Origin: Octopus sinensis
Taxonomy: Eukaryota
Length of the DNA: 64,000 nt
Assembly (NCBI RefSeq): GCF_006345805.1
Contig: NC_043015.1
Coordinates: 41,540,001-41,604,000, forward strand
Reading direction: 5' to 3'
Shown here: positions 25,938 through 39,160 of the stretch, piece after piece
Position numbering within the stretch: the stretch's first letter is position 1
Layout of the letters: the number at the start of each line of letters is the position of its first letter
Made by a program: the position numbers and the translations under genes
Notes under the pieces: model-generated
What the model saw: the letters and a program-made list of their open reading frames with translations, nothing else
Told to the model about the DNA's origin: nothing
Database searches by the model: none

Positions 25938-28369
25938 CTCTTTCTCTCTCTCATTCACACACACACACACGTGTATAGAAGACTTCTTCAGTTCCCAATT
26001 CGTTTTATGTTTCTCAGTGATGATTTTTTTCCTTGGCACATAGAGATTAAGTTTCCCCCCAAGAGAAAGATTGAAAATTATGGAAGTCAGTCAGTGCAAC
26101 ATTCAGCTACACAACGAGCTGAGTGTGTACACGTTTCTGTTTGTATGCTGGTGCTTCTGGTCTTCCATACACATTCCTTCTCACATCCCACATAACAATG
26201 AATGCAATGACATAAGAGGGGAAAACTTCTGATATATCCCCCCCCCCCTCCTTGTGTCGGTTATTATTTTCAAGTGTCGAGCGATGAGTATTCAAACATG
26301 GCAAGGAGCTGGTGGAATCGTTTGAGGATTGGAGAAAACGGTTTTGGAAATCTCTTTTGATCTGTGTACGCTGTGAGTTCAAAACCATGTTGAGAGGTTG
26401 ACTTTATCTTTCATCATTTCAAGATTTATAAAATAAAGGATGAGTGATGTGCTGCCCTCAGGGGATCAGCTAATCTTTACCCACCAAACTTCAGTCCATG
26501 TTCTTATTCTAGAAAGCATTATCTTTTAATAATTCTACTTGTCACTCTGTTACTTAGCCCGTCTGTAACGCTTCCATGTGATTAGTTGAGGGTGGGGAAG
26601 GGAAGGGGAGACAGGTGGTGGTGCATGAAATGTGTAATGTTTTTTTTTAAATTGAGTTTTTTTTTCTCCATTCCTTAACTTGTCTAAAGTTGAAAAGAAA
26701 AGTGCGAAAGAAAAAAGGAGAGAGAAAAAGATGGCAAGGCAAAGAGGGAGAGTTCTGTGTATTAAATCTATAAAAATTGTGAATAAAATATATAAAGACC
26801 TGGTAGAAATAGCAGCGAAATGTCCCTCAAAACATCCTACAGTCTTAATCTGACAATTCTGCGTATTATGTAGTTTGAATGAGAAACTATAACTAAAGAT
26901 TAAGATTATTAACCCCACAAAGAGGTGAAAGAAGAGAGACAGCATAGCAAAAGTTTTGGCGGACTGTCATCCTGTACTCCCCTTGTTGCTAGCAAAATGG
27001 TATATGCCGGCTGTGTGAGTAACTGGTTCTTTTAATGGCAGAACAAAGAAGGTATTCTATTAGAAAAGGTTTTCATCGATTTTCTTGGTAAGTATGGGGG
27101 TTAGGAAAAAAATACAAACTACATTCCAATCTATCCACCCGTCTCCACATGTGTGCCATTTTTCATGTGAATCCACCCAGTCATTTAGCTGTGAACCACA
27201 AGACAAGAAAGAATACAACGATCGCCCATGTCCAATTTATATTGTATATATATATATATATATATGTCTTATTTTACTACACATTTGTCATATTTTCTGT
27301 TTATTTTTTTATTTAATCCCGAAAATATATATTTATATATATATATGTGTGTGTGTCTTTGTGTCTGTGTTTGTACCCCCATGAACACTTGACAACTGCT
27401 GTTGGTGTGTTTATGTCCCCTATAACTCAGCAGTTCAGCAAAAGGGACTGATAGTGTTAGGCTTAAAAAAATATGTTCTGGGGTCAACTTTTCGACTAAA
27501 ACCCTTCAAGACAGTGCCCCAGCATGGCCATGGTCAAAATGATTGAAACAAGTAAAAGAATAAAAGAATATATACATGTATGTATATATAATATATATAT
27601 GTGTATACATATATGCACAAACAATGAGCTTCCTCACAGTTTCCATTTATGAAATTCCCTTACAAGGCATTGGTCAGCTGAGGCTATAGTAGAAGAAAGA
27701 CCCTTGACCAAGGTGCCGTATTGTGGGATTGAACCTGGAACTGTGTCCCACTCTTTGTCAATATTTACAGCAATATCTGTTCCTCCTTCCAGATAATATT
27801 TCATTTTTTCTTTTTCTCACTGACATTAAAACCTATAAAAAGAACTTTGATCATACACAGTGTTTATATCAAAACAAAATGTTGCAGTTTTGTGTTGTTT
27901 GTTGCCAATTCTAACATTTATTTTGTTCTATCTCTTGCATTATCTTCTGTTCTTCAAGTTACGTAACAAGGAACCATTCATATCTCATCTCCATGGCACA
28001 ATGTTAAATTGTCGTTTATCCATTTCCAGATGATATCTTTTCAATGACTGATAATTTTTTTTTTTTTCTTTTCTGAGTATTTCATCTCATTTACGTACAC
28101 ACTTATCATCGTTTCCTTTCATTTCCTTTCTTACTTTCTTTACCTTTTTTTTTTCATCTTTCATCTTTACCTTTCTTTTTTTTTTACCATTTTTCCTTCC
28201 TTCCTTCCTTGTTTATTTGAAATACAATAGTTTGAATTCCATTTACTTGTTGAGAAACCAGAGTTACCTTCTGCGGTTTTGATAAAGTATCTACGTGTGT
28301 ATGTAAACCTGTGTCCCTGTGTACATCTGTGTATGTGTGTGTGTGTGTCTTGTGTAAAGTTTTATAAGC

Positions 28370-28645
28370 ATAGAGCGGATTTTTTCGGTTTGAATGGCAG
28401 TTTTTAACATAATTTCTAGGTAACTAAAAAATTTCAAACTTCGTATTCTGGTAGAATGTGTTTATAAAACATCTTTTTCTCTTGGCTTTATTGAGAAAAT
28501 TCTATAGTTTGTAAGATATTTGTTGTTATTTTTCTTCAATTTCTGCAATTTCAACCAATCAATGACGTCTATTGAGGTAAAAAACATTCTGTGCCATATG
28601 AATATGTCCCTCGTTTAAGAAACAGGAAGGCCAGATACAGATGTA
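28370..28645. repeat. unclassified interspersed repeat
   Basis: shares CTGCC(G/A)TTCAAA and CATTCTACCAG.ATACGAAGTTT blocks with 51225..51370 and 53040..53200 in the opposite orientation. Confidence 0.6.
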
Positions 28646-28726
28646 AAACAGCCATATATATGTGTATACATGAACACATATATATACATGTGTCTGTATG
28701 TATGTATGTTTGTATGTATGTGCATG

Positions 28727-28768
<42 letters not shown>

Positions 28769-28838
28769 GGCATTCGCCATGATAGATTGCTAGCCACTAC
28801 ACATTCTTTATTTTCCCTCCTTGTTTCTTTCTGTGTTC

Positions 28839-28874
28839 CTTTCTGTGGAAGATCGTAGGCTTGAAACGTTAAAG
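28839..28874 (+). ncRNA. hammerhead-like motif, variant-core family
   Basis: CUUU-CUGUGGA-A-GAUC(GUAG)GCUU-GAA-ACGU-U-AAAG. Confidence 0.5.
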
Positions 28875-28960
28875 ACTTAATCACTTCCCGACCGTTATAC
28901 TAATACCTCGGTTTTCTACACCACCTGTCTTTGTCTTTTGTTTTTTTCATGAATTCTCCC

Positions 28961-29001
<41 letters not shown>

Positions 29002-29275
29002 AGAAACATTGCCAGATCAGACTGGGCCTGGTGCAGCCTTCTGGCTTCCCAGACCCCAGTTGAACAATTCAACCCATGCTAGCATGGAAAGCAGACGCTA
29101 AATGATGATGATGATATATATGTATGTATGTATAAAAAATATATATAAAAATACAAAATGGGACAAGAACACAAAACATTCAAATAGACGATGCAAAAAC
29201 GGATGGGTCATTCGAAGCCTCTAATCTTCAGTCAAGAACCGGATCATATACTCTTTACTCTTTTGGTTTTTGTGT

Positions 29276-29337
29276 TAATAACTGAGGAGATGCCAGAGCA
29301 GACTTCAACCCTGGCATCCGAAACTCTGAGTTTTATT
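29276..29337 (+). ncRNA. type I hammerhead ribozyme
   Basis: UAAUAA-CUGAGGA-GAUGCCAG(14 nt)CUGGCAUC-C-GAA-ACUC-U-GAGU-U-UUAUUA: stem I 6 bp, stem II 8 bp with one extra C, stem III 4 bp. Confidence 0.75.
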
Positions 29338-30449
29338 ATGGCAACCAACTAATTGTCACATTATATTTATAGATAAATTCCTCTATTTTACATAATATCG
29401 AGGTCTCATTCATTGTTTTGTTATCATATTATTATTATTAATATATATGTATATATATGTGTGTGTGTGTGTGTGTGTATGTATATGTGTATATGTATAT
29501 GTGTATATATATATGTATATATGTATATGTGGATATGTATATATATGTATATATGTGTATGTATATATGTGTATATGTATATGTATATATGTATATGTAT
29601 ATGTGTATATGTATATGCATATATGTATATATGTATATGTGTATATGAATATGTATATGTATATATGAATACATACACACACACACACACACACGCATAT
29701 ATGTATATGTAGTTTTCCCATTCCTAAATTTACTCCCTTCATTCTCTCATCATTCTTTCCAGTCACTCTTTCTCTCTCTCTGTCTCTCCCTTCCGTCCTT
29801 CCCCCTCTCTCTTTCTCTCTGTCCCCCCCCCACACCCACGTGTGTCATCCAATTCCTTAGCTTTGCAAAGAGAGCACAAGAGAGGAACACAGCTGATTTC
29901 CTTCCCTCAGTGCTTCACCCGTCCATATTTGACTGCAAAAACCCACTTCACAAGAATTGCGTTTCCCCATCGATGGCCACTCTGCTCGGCCCCTCTTCCT
30001 CCGTAGTCCTTATTCTTGTCACATCTTGCTCTCGTTGTTCTTGTTGTTGTTGTTACCATTGCTTCCTGTTCTTCGGAAGATCTTCAATCATTCTTCGGTG
30101 CATCTTGGAATATTTCTGAATTTTTTTGTTCTTTTATTTTAGCTTTTTTTTTTCATTTGCCTTAGTTTAGATTTTACAATTTTATTTTATTTTTTTTCTA
30201 TTTTATCTCTTCCTTGTTTTCTTCATTGGACCGTGGCCATGCTGGAGCACCAACACGAAGGGTTTGGGTTGAACAAATCAAACCCAGTACTTGCTTCTTT
30301 TTTAATTTTTTTTTTTTTTTAATTTTTGAAGTCTAATATTTATTCCATCAGTTTCTCTTGCTGAACCATTGAATTATGGGGACGTAAACAAACCAACACT
30401 GGTTGTGGAGACAAACACAGACACAAAGACACAGGCACACACACACATA

Positions 30450-31178
30450 CTCTTACTCTTTACTCTTTACTCTTTTACTTGTTTCAGTCATTTGACTGCG
30501 GTCATGCTGGAGCACCGCCTTTAGTCGACCAAATCGACCCCGGGACTTATTTTTTGTAAGCCCAGTACTTATTCTATCGGTCTCTTTTGCCGAACCGCTA
30601 AGTGACGGGGACGTAAACACACCAGCATCGGTTGTCAAGCAATGATAGGGGGACAAACACAGACACACAAACACACACATACATACATATATACGACAGG
30701 CTTCTTTTCAGTTTCCGTCTATCAAATCCACTCACAAGGCATTGGTCGGCCCGGGGCTATAGCAGAAGACACTTGCCCAAGATGTCACGCAGTGGGACTG
30801 AACCTGGAACCATGTGGTTGGTTAGCAAGCTACTTACCACACAGCCACTCCTGCGCCTTGGTGGGCTTCTTTCAGTTTCCATCTACCAAATTCACTCACA
30901 AGGCTTTGGTTTGGCTCGAGGCTATAGTAGAAGACACTTGCCCAAGGTGCCACGCAGTGGGACTGAACCCGGAACCATGTGGTTGGTTAGCAAGCTACTT
31001 ACCACACAGCCACTCCTGCGCCTTGGTGGGCTTCTTTCAGTTTCCATCTACCAAATTCACTCACAAGGCTTTGGTTTGGCTCGAGGCTATAGTAGAAGAC
31101 ACTTGCCCAAGGTGCCGCACAGTGGGACTGAACCCGGAACCACGTGGTTGGGAATCAAGACTCTTACCACACAGCCAC
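30450..31178 (-). mobile_element. SINE family A, full copy plus two extra tandem head modules
   Basis: head module repeated with a 165-bp period (30861, 31026). Confidence 0.85.
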
Positions 31179-31444
31179 GACCAGAGTCTGAGCATTTATG
31201 GATGGAATAACTGTGAAAGTCTATTTTCTGTGAAACAATTAAATATTATCGACAAGCATTGAGCTTCGTTATCTCTCGTTAAAAGAAACTTTTGCCGTGA
31301 TGGCCGTTTTCATTAACTTGAAGTGCACTCACTCACTCCCTTGTTCCTCTCTCGACTCGTTTGGCACACTGATTAAATTTTGATCCGTTTGGTAATTTCT
31401 GACTTAATGAAATGCATTCGAAAATGTTTTGACTGACATCTTTG

Positions 31445-31456
31445 GAAACCACTACT

Positions 31457-31487
<31 letters not shown>

Positions 31488-32540
31488 CCAACAACAACAA
31501 CAGCATCACTACTCAGACCACTGACATCGTCGTCGTCGTTGTCGTCATCGCCTCTACTGCCTTTGACATCATCATTGCCTCCTCCATCGTTAATGACAAC
31601 ACCAATGTTATCACTACCACCACGACAACCATCATTGCTGTTACCACCACCACCACCACCACCACCACCATCATTACAACTACTACCACCACCATCATCA
31701 TCATCATCACCACCACCACCATGATTACCACCACCACCATGATTACCACCACCACCACCACTATCATCACCACCACCACCACCACCACCATCATCATTAC
31801 CATCACCACCACTATCATCACCACCACCACCACCATCATCATCACCACCACCACCATCATCATTACCATCACCACCACCACCATCATTACCATCACCACC
31901 ACTATCATCACCACCACCACCATCATCATCACCACCACCACCATCATCATTACCATCACCACCACTATCATCACCACCACCACCACCACCACCATCATCA
32001 TCACCACCACCACCACCACCACCATCATCATTACCACCACCACCACCACCATCATCATCACCACCACCATCATCATTACCATCACCACCACCACCATCAT
32101 CATCACCACCACCACCACCACCACCATCATCATTACCACCACCATCATCATTACCACCACCACCACCACCCACGCCATCATTACCATCACCACCATCATC
32201 ATCACCACCACCACCATCATCATTACCACCACCCACCACCACCACCACCACCACCATCACCACCACTATCATCACCATCACCATGATCATCATTACCACC
32301 ACCATCACTATCACCACCAACACCACCACCACCAATAATAACGACAATGACAAAAACATCTGCTGGTATTGCCATTCCTCTTACCATACCAAGAACAACA
32401 TCAACTTCATCTTTGTCATCATCATCATCATCACTAACAACAAAACCATCACTACCATCAACAGCAGTGGCATCACCACCAACAACCTCATTCCACCACC
32501 ACCACCAACAGCAACAACAACAACACCAACACCAACAACA
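31445..32540. repeat. long (ACC/ATC)n trinucleotide low-complexity tract
   Basis: direct reading; source of the spurious poly-T/G/V ORFs. Confidence 0.95.
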
Positions 32541-32929
32541 TCAACACCGGCAGCAAAAAAATATGTAAATTGGCTTAAATTGACGAATTGCAAGTCTAAT
32601 TAAAAATTGAAAAAAAAAAAAAAAATACAGAGAGAGAGAGAGGGGTGGAATGGGGGTGGAGAGGGTTAGGGTGGATGAGCGACGCCGAACCGAAAATGTT
32701 AGAAATCTTTTAAATCTAACCAAAAATTGTGATGCCAGTCACATTTAGATTTTAATCTCCACATTGACAGTTACACACATTCATATGGTCACACACATGC
32801 TTCAACACACACACACATACACACACACACACTCTGACAGTATTGGGAAGCGACAGAAATATAAGGACCCAGAATCTCCCAGAAGACTGTTGAGTTTCCT
32901 TGCATAATATATGCGCAGGTCGATGTTAT

Positions 32930-33214
32930 CTCGCCGTCTGTCTGTCTGTTTGTCTGTCTATCTACTTACGTACCTGTTTGTGTGTGTGTATTCATCTGTC
33001 TCTCTACTTATGTCTGTCTGTGTGTCTATTCTGTCTCGCTCCCCACCTGCCCACACATATCTATATATATATATTATATATATATATACACACACATATA
33101 CGTATTACATGTGTGTGTGTTTATATGATTCTGCTCATGTATGCATCTATGTATGTATTACATGTTACATATATGTCTGTCTGTCTCTCTCTACATGTAT
33201 ATATATATGTGTGC

Positions 33215-33260
<46 letters not shown>

Positions 33261-33345
33261 ATGTGTGTGTGTGTATGTGTGTGTGTGTGTGTGTATGTGT
33301 GTGTGTATGTGTGTGTATGTTTGTGTGTATGTGTGTGTGTATATA

Positions 33346-33410
<65 letters not shown>

Positions 33411-33716
33411 GTGTGTGTTGTGTGTGTGTGTTTGTAGATATGTGTGTGTGGTGTATATATATGTGTGTGTGTATATATATATGTGTTGTGTGTGTGTATT
33501 CATCTGTCTCTCTACTTATGTCTGTCTGTGTGTCTATTCTGTCTCGCTCCCCACCTGCCCACACACATATCTATATATATATATTATATATATATATACA
33601 CACACATATACGTATTACATGTGTGTGTGTTTATATGATCTGCTCATGTATGCATCTATGTATGTATTACATGTTACATATATGTCTGTCTGTCTCTCTC
33701 TACATGTATATATATA

Positions 33717-33749
<33 letters not shown>

Positions 33750-33851
33750 TATATATGTGTGTGTGTATGTGTGTGTGTGTGTGGTGTGTGTGTGGTGTGT
33801 GTATGTGTGTGTGTATGTGTGGTATGTTGTGTGTATGTGTGTGTGTATATA

Positions 33852-33884
<33 letters not shown>

Positions 33885-34120
33885 GGTGTGTGTGTGGTGT
33901 GTGTGTATATATATGTGTGTGTGTGGTGTGTGTGTGTATATATATGTGTGTGTGTGTGTATATATATGTGTGTGTGTATATATATATGTGTTTGTGTGTG
34001 TGTATATATATGTGTGTGTGTGTATATGTATGTATGTACCTGCTTACTCAGGTATGTATACATCTAATATGTGTGTATATTTGTACCTCTCTCTCTCACT
34101 CTACTTCTATATGTCTCTCT
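32930..34120. repeat. (TG/TA) microsatellite tract containing a ~250-bp direct duplication
   Basis: GTATTCATCTGTCTCTCTACTTATG...CTCTCTACATG occurs near 32985 and again near 33495. Confidence 0.9.
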
Positions 34121-34509
34121 CTCTCTCACCCAAACCTCCCCACTCGCCCACCTACTCTTCCTCATGCCTACTCCATGTTATGCTAATTTCGACTGTCCAT
34201 CGAAACCACATGATATCCACCCCAGAAGCCAACTGCCACCATCCACCCACAATGCAGATGTTATTGTTTTCTTCTCTTACCATTTTCTTTTTATCGGATG
34301 GAGCAGAGTCTGGGTGGGTGGGTGGCTGGTAATGGTGGTGGTGGTAGTGGTGGTTGTTATTACATCAGAACAATTCACCGTTTGTCTCCGAAGAAAATCT
34401 GACCAAAACAGACATTTCTGATGTTATTCAATGTTTGGCATAGTCAACGCCAACAGACACATAATATGGCATTGAGATGGTTGGAATCGTATGGGGTGGT
34501 GGTCGTGGT

Positions 34510-34724
34510 GGGGGACTGAAAAGTTCTTGACTTTGGGTGAAAAGAAATACAGGAGGATCAGTTAATTATGATTTTATTCAATATATTCCTCTCTCAGACT
34601 CACACACTTTTTGCAGTGGCCCTTCAGTTTTTCTAAACCCTATAAAAGAACCCAGAAGGTTGGGGCCTCCAGCCAGGTCCTTTGCAATACCCTTAAAGCC
34701 AGGAACTTTTCAGCACCCCCTCGT
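34510..34724. mobile_element. ~210-bp Tc1/mariner-like MITE (copy 2)
   Basis: same body as 7173..7387; right end AAAGCCAGGAACTTTTCAGCACCCCCTCG followed by TA. Confidence 0.7.
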
Positions 34725-34727
34725 AAA

Positions 34728-35128
34728 TCTCTCTATATATAAAGCTGAAGTTGTCTGTATATGGCAGGTTTGGTAGCCTTCAACTAACACTATCTCCTCC
34801 GAGACCCTGCATTGCAAGTTGACCAAAATTGAGAGCATGATAGAAGAAGGCTTGCTCTTCATTCCGTAGAAGATAAAATTCAAATCAGACTATGTTAACA
34901 CCAAAAATTATTTACATCAAAATGGTGCTTTTTTTTTCTATGAAAATCCCTATTTTTTTACAATTTTTTGACTGCTGTGTCGCCATTTTTCGGTGTATTT
35001 CAACCAGAAAAATGTTCACTTAAAGAGAATAACAAGCTACATAATGCAAAATTTTTACTTTTCAAAAATTCCAATTCTAAAGGGTCGAAAAGAAAACAAA
35101 CCCGAGCAATTCCGGGCGATACTGCTAG
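34728..35128 (+). mobile_element. non-autonomous Helitron
   Basis: A|TC...TATATATAAAG 5' end; GC-rich hairpin CCCGAGCAATTCCGGG then CTAG|T 3' end; AT target. Confidence 0.8.
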
Positions 35129-35466
35129 TAATGATTAATAATGATTTCAAATTTTGACCCAAGGTCAGCTATTTTAGGGAGCGAGCTTATCGATTACATT
35201 GGCCCCAGTGTTCAATTGGTTCTCATTTTATTGACCCTGAAAGAATGAATGATAATGTCAACCCCATCATCATTTGAACTCAGAATGTAAAGTCGGAAGA
35301 AATGCCACTAAGCATTTTTCCTGACCTAACAATTCTCAATATTCTCAGCTTTTGAGGGGTGGGGAAGTTGATTTCACTGACCCTGGTGTATGACTGGTAC
35401 TTCATTTTATTGCACCTTCTATTGGGCTAGTACCCATTTTCAGAGAAATGAACTTCATTTCATGAA

Positions 35467-35722
35467 GTTCATTTAAAAGTAGATATAACATGCATACTCA
35501 TTCATTTCATAATGACACCAGAATTAATAATATAACTTCACTCTCCAGTTATGTTTGGTAGTTTAGGGGAATTGGAGAGATTTGATATTCTATAGGAGTT
35601 GAACAGGAACATAGTAGCAATTCTCCTAAACTACCAAACATAACTGGATAGTGAAGTTATATTAATTCTGGCATCATTATGAAATGAATGAGTATGCATG
35701 TTATATCTACTTTTAAATGAAC
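35467..35722. repeat. foldback/MITE-like inverted repeat
   Basis: ~105-bp arms GTTCATTTAAAAGTAGATATAACATGCATACTC... with ~43-nt spacer. Confidence 0.85.
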
Positions 35723-35909
35723 TGATGGTTAAACCTATATAGGCCTTGTGTGTCGGTGTGTACTTGAATATGGTGCCATCATGTGGTATATTTACCTATG
35801 TACTTTTATTTCAAATTTAGAGAGTTTCTTAGTTTAAGACACAGGAATATTTTAAAATAACTTTTATTGTAGTGAATGTAATTTTTTCTTATTTTTGTTT
35901 CCTCTTCAG

Positions 35910-35979
35910 GGGAATAGCAATCCGGGTTTGTCTACATTGGTTAGCTTTGAACAGCTTCTCACTCAACCGGAACAAGATG
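35910..35979 (+). CDS. GCC2: GCC2 exon 11
   Basis: cttcag/gtaagt; GNSNPGLSTLVSFEQLLTQPEQD, cf. GCC2 SLEQLLNSPE; ends phase 1. Confidence 0.85.
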
Positions 35980-36615
35980 GTAAGTTGGTTGGTTTCACTT
36001 TTAAAAAGTTTTCGTCATCAGTGATCATGATCTTCCTCCTCCTCCTCATCTTTTTCATCAACCACCACTGCCACCACCAACACTATCATCATCAAACACC
36101 TCTACTATTACCATCCTCCTCAATCACATATCATCATCATTATCATCAATCACATGTCGTCATCATTATCATCACCACCACCACCATTATCAACCTCCAC
36201 CACCATCATCACCACCTCCACCACCACCATTATCAACCTCCACCATTACTGCTAAAGCTACCACCACCACAGCACAGAAGAGGAGTGATCAAAACAGTTT
36301 GATTCAAATTCATTGGTACTCTTGAGTTTCAAGAGTGATGCTATTTGTCAAATTCAAAATGGTTGAAGACTAGCATCATTCTTGAAACTCCAGAGTACCA
36401 ATGAATTTGTAAAAAAATTGTTGACTGTCACCGCGAGGAGAGTGGATAACTGTGGCAATTCTAGAGCTAATACATGCAACCAAATGGATTGATAGATCTC
36501 AAGGGTGTCATTATGCCTATAATGAACATACACATCTGTTTTATATTGTTTTATCATTATTATTATTAATGGTGAGAGACCTAAATGACAGGTCCCAGAT
36601 GTTTAATTTCAACAG

Positions 36616-36713
36616 ATATGTCTGTTTCAGTTGTGAAACCTCCCGTGTTTAATGAAGAAGAGCTGAAAGCAAGCTACGATTCAGCACAGAAGAGGAGTGA
36701 TCACCTGGCTCAG
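36616..36713 (+). CDS. GCC2: GCC2 exon 12
   Basis: caacag/gtaaga; MSVSVVKPPVFNEEELKASYDSAQKRSDHLAQ, cf. GCC2 TKEELVQKLSSTTKSADHLNG; second in-frame acceptor would start at 36631. Confidence 0.87.
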
Positions 36714-37497
36714 GTAAGATATTTTCTTCAGGTATCCTTGTTATCGTCGTCATCGTCATCATTATTTAATGTCCACGTTCCATGCTGGTATGGGTTGGAT
36801 CATTTGAGAGGATCTGCTGGAAGGGAATCCAGCTGTAGAAACTCTGTCAACGCAGATATCGGAGCACGATGCAGTTCTTGGAGTCATCAAATTCTAACTG
36901 ACCATTCAACCCATGCCAGCATGGGACATGGATGTTAAATGATGAGGATGATGGTGATGAGGGAAAAACACAACTTCATGGAAGATCAAAGGCTTGATGA
37001 ATTTTGTTTTTCATTTTCAAAACAGCATGATCCATCATTCATCATCGTTTAACGTCTGTTTTCCGTGCTAGCATGGGTTGGACATTTCGACCGGGGTCTG
37101 GGAAGCCAGGAGGCTGCACCAGGCTCCAGTCAGATCTGGCAGTGTTTCTACAGCTGGATGCCCTTCCTAACGTCAACTACTCCGTGAGTGTAGTGGGTGC
37201 TTTTTACGTGCCACCGGCACAGGGGCCAGGGGAGGCTGGCTGTAGCATGACCCACTGTTTGAATCTTGGCTTTTGTCTCTATTGTGTGCTTCCATCTCTT
37301 ATATATTAATTCGTTTCTGTTACAAACACACACACACGTACTCACAGGAACTCACACACATGTCAAAAGTGTAACCCAGAATAGATGCTAACTTTAAATC
37401 CTCGTTTGAAGAGAAAAAAATTTGATCTTCATCTCTATATTTGACCTTACTCTTGTCAGTGGATTTGCTAGACAGAAAGAGGACTGTCTCTCATGCA

Positions 37498-37530
<33 letters not shown>

Positions 37531-37649
37531 TGTAGACACATGCACACATTTGAGGCTCAATTTTTGTTTCTGTCAACCAAATCTACTCATGACGATTTGG
37601 TCAGCCTGGGGCTATACTGTACAACACTTTTCATTTCTCCTAAGAAAAC

Positions 37650-37682
<33 letters not shown>

Positions 37683-37899
37683 AGAGAGAGAAAGAAAGAA
37701 GAGAGAGAGAGAGAAAGAAAGAGAGAGAGAGAGAGAGAAAGAAAGAGTGTGTGTGTGTGTGAGAAAGAGAGAAGGCTGGATTGGTTTCTTGTGTATTTTC
37801 CTCTTTGTAAATTATTACATAATGTTTTGTTGTGTTTTAAAATCGATCGATATTTCAACATTTGAACATTTGCCTATTTACCTGTTTATTTAATTCCAG

Positions 37900-38043
37900 C
37901 TACTGAATGAAAGCGAAGCAACTGTGATGCGCTTGACCGAACAGGCCAAAATTCTGAAGCAAGAAATCCGTCGTTTAGAGCGGAACCAAGAAAGAGAGAA
38001 AGAATCGGCCAATTTAGAGTATTTGAAGAATATTTTCCTCAAG
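37900..38043 (+). CDS. GCC2: GCC2 exon 13 (start of GRIP domain)
   Basis: ttccag/gtatat; LLNESEATVMRLTEQAKILKQEIRRLERNQEREKESANLEYLKNIFLK; ANLEYLKN is the GRIP-domain signature. Confidence 0.95.
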
Positions 38044-38142
38044 GTATATATATTATCATAGATTGCTTTATACATCATTACAATTGCCATCACCTCTGTG
38101 GAGCCCTACATTCGAATTATATATACTATACACACATATACA

Positions 38143-38532
38143 GGCGCAGGAGTGGCTGTGTGGTAAGTAGCTTGTTTACCAACCACATGGTTCCGGGTTC
38201 AGTCCCACTGCGTGGCACCTTGGGCAAGTGTCTTCTACTATAGCCTCGGGCCGACCAAAACCTTGTGAGTGGATTTGGTAGACGGAAACTGAAAGAAGCC
38301 CGTCGTATATATGTATATATATATATATATATATGCATGTGTGTGTTTGTGTGTCTGTGTTTGTCCCCCTAGCATTGCTTGACAACCGAAGCTGGTGTGT
38401 TTACCGATAGAGACCGATAGAATAAGTACTGGGCTTACAAAAGAATAAATCCTGGGGTCGACTTGCTCGATTAAAGGCGGTGCTCCAGCATGGCCGCAGT
38501 CAAATGACTGAAACAAGTAAAAGAGTAAAGAG
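38143..38532 (+). mobile_element. SINE family A, full copy (tRNA-like head + internal microsatellite + 3' module)
   Basis: A box TGGCTGTGTGG, B box GGTTCAGTCCC, CCTTGGGCAAGTG (CORE-SINE-like motif), (TA/TG)n, then the ...GACAACCGA...GCATGGCCGCAGTCAAATGACTGAAACAAGTAAAAGAG end. Confidence 0.88.
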
Positions 38533-38988
38533 AGTATATGTATGTACTTGTTTTTGTGTGTTTGTTGGAATATGTAGTCTGAAGGAGGTTTAACAACGAA
38601 GTCTCTAAGATAATCAAAATCGGTGCCAGATTAGCTAATGTAGTCCTAGATACACTGTGGCTGAAGGACAGAAAGATAAGATATGGGCTGGTCAGATTCG
38701 AAAAAGCCTTTGAATATCATAGGGTTGCTCATTCAGGACACCGACCATGGTTTTGGTGGGGGCTAAACTACTACTACTACCACCACCCCTACTACCACCA
38801 CCAACTACTATTACTATCCCCTACTACTATCACCCCTCCTCCTCCTCCTACAAACCCCCTATTACTACTACCACCATCACCCCTACTACTACTACTACCA
38901 CTACCACCACCACCGCTACTACTACCACCACCACCACCCCTACCACTACTCCTACTCTTACTACCACCCCTACTACTACTCCTACTAT

Positions 38989-39034
<46 letters not shown>

Positions 39035-39051
39035 GTGTTTTGTATTTCCAG

Positions 39052-39160
39052 TTTGTAATGTTGAAAGCTGGAGATGAGAGACAAATGTTGATCCCAGTTA
39101 TTTGTACAATGTTAAAATTGAGCCCCGAAGAGAAAACACAGCTAACAGCAATCGCCCAAG
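39052..39160 (+). CDS. GCC2: GCC2 exon 14 (GRIP domain)
   Basis: ttccag/gtaggg; FVMLKAGDERQMLIPVICTMLKLSPEEKTQLTAIAQ; ends phase 1. Confidence 0.95.

Noticed and set aside
29190-29245. CTGAAGA...CGAATGACC motif on the - strand, with a relative at 60785..60830
   Set aside because: No consistent stem I or II pairing across the two copies, so not called a ribozyme, although the repeat family may be PLE-related.
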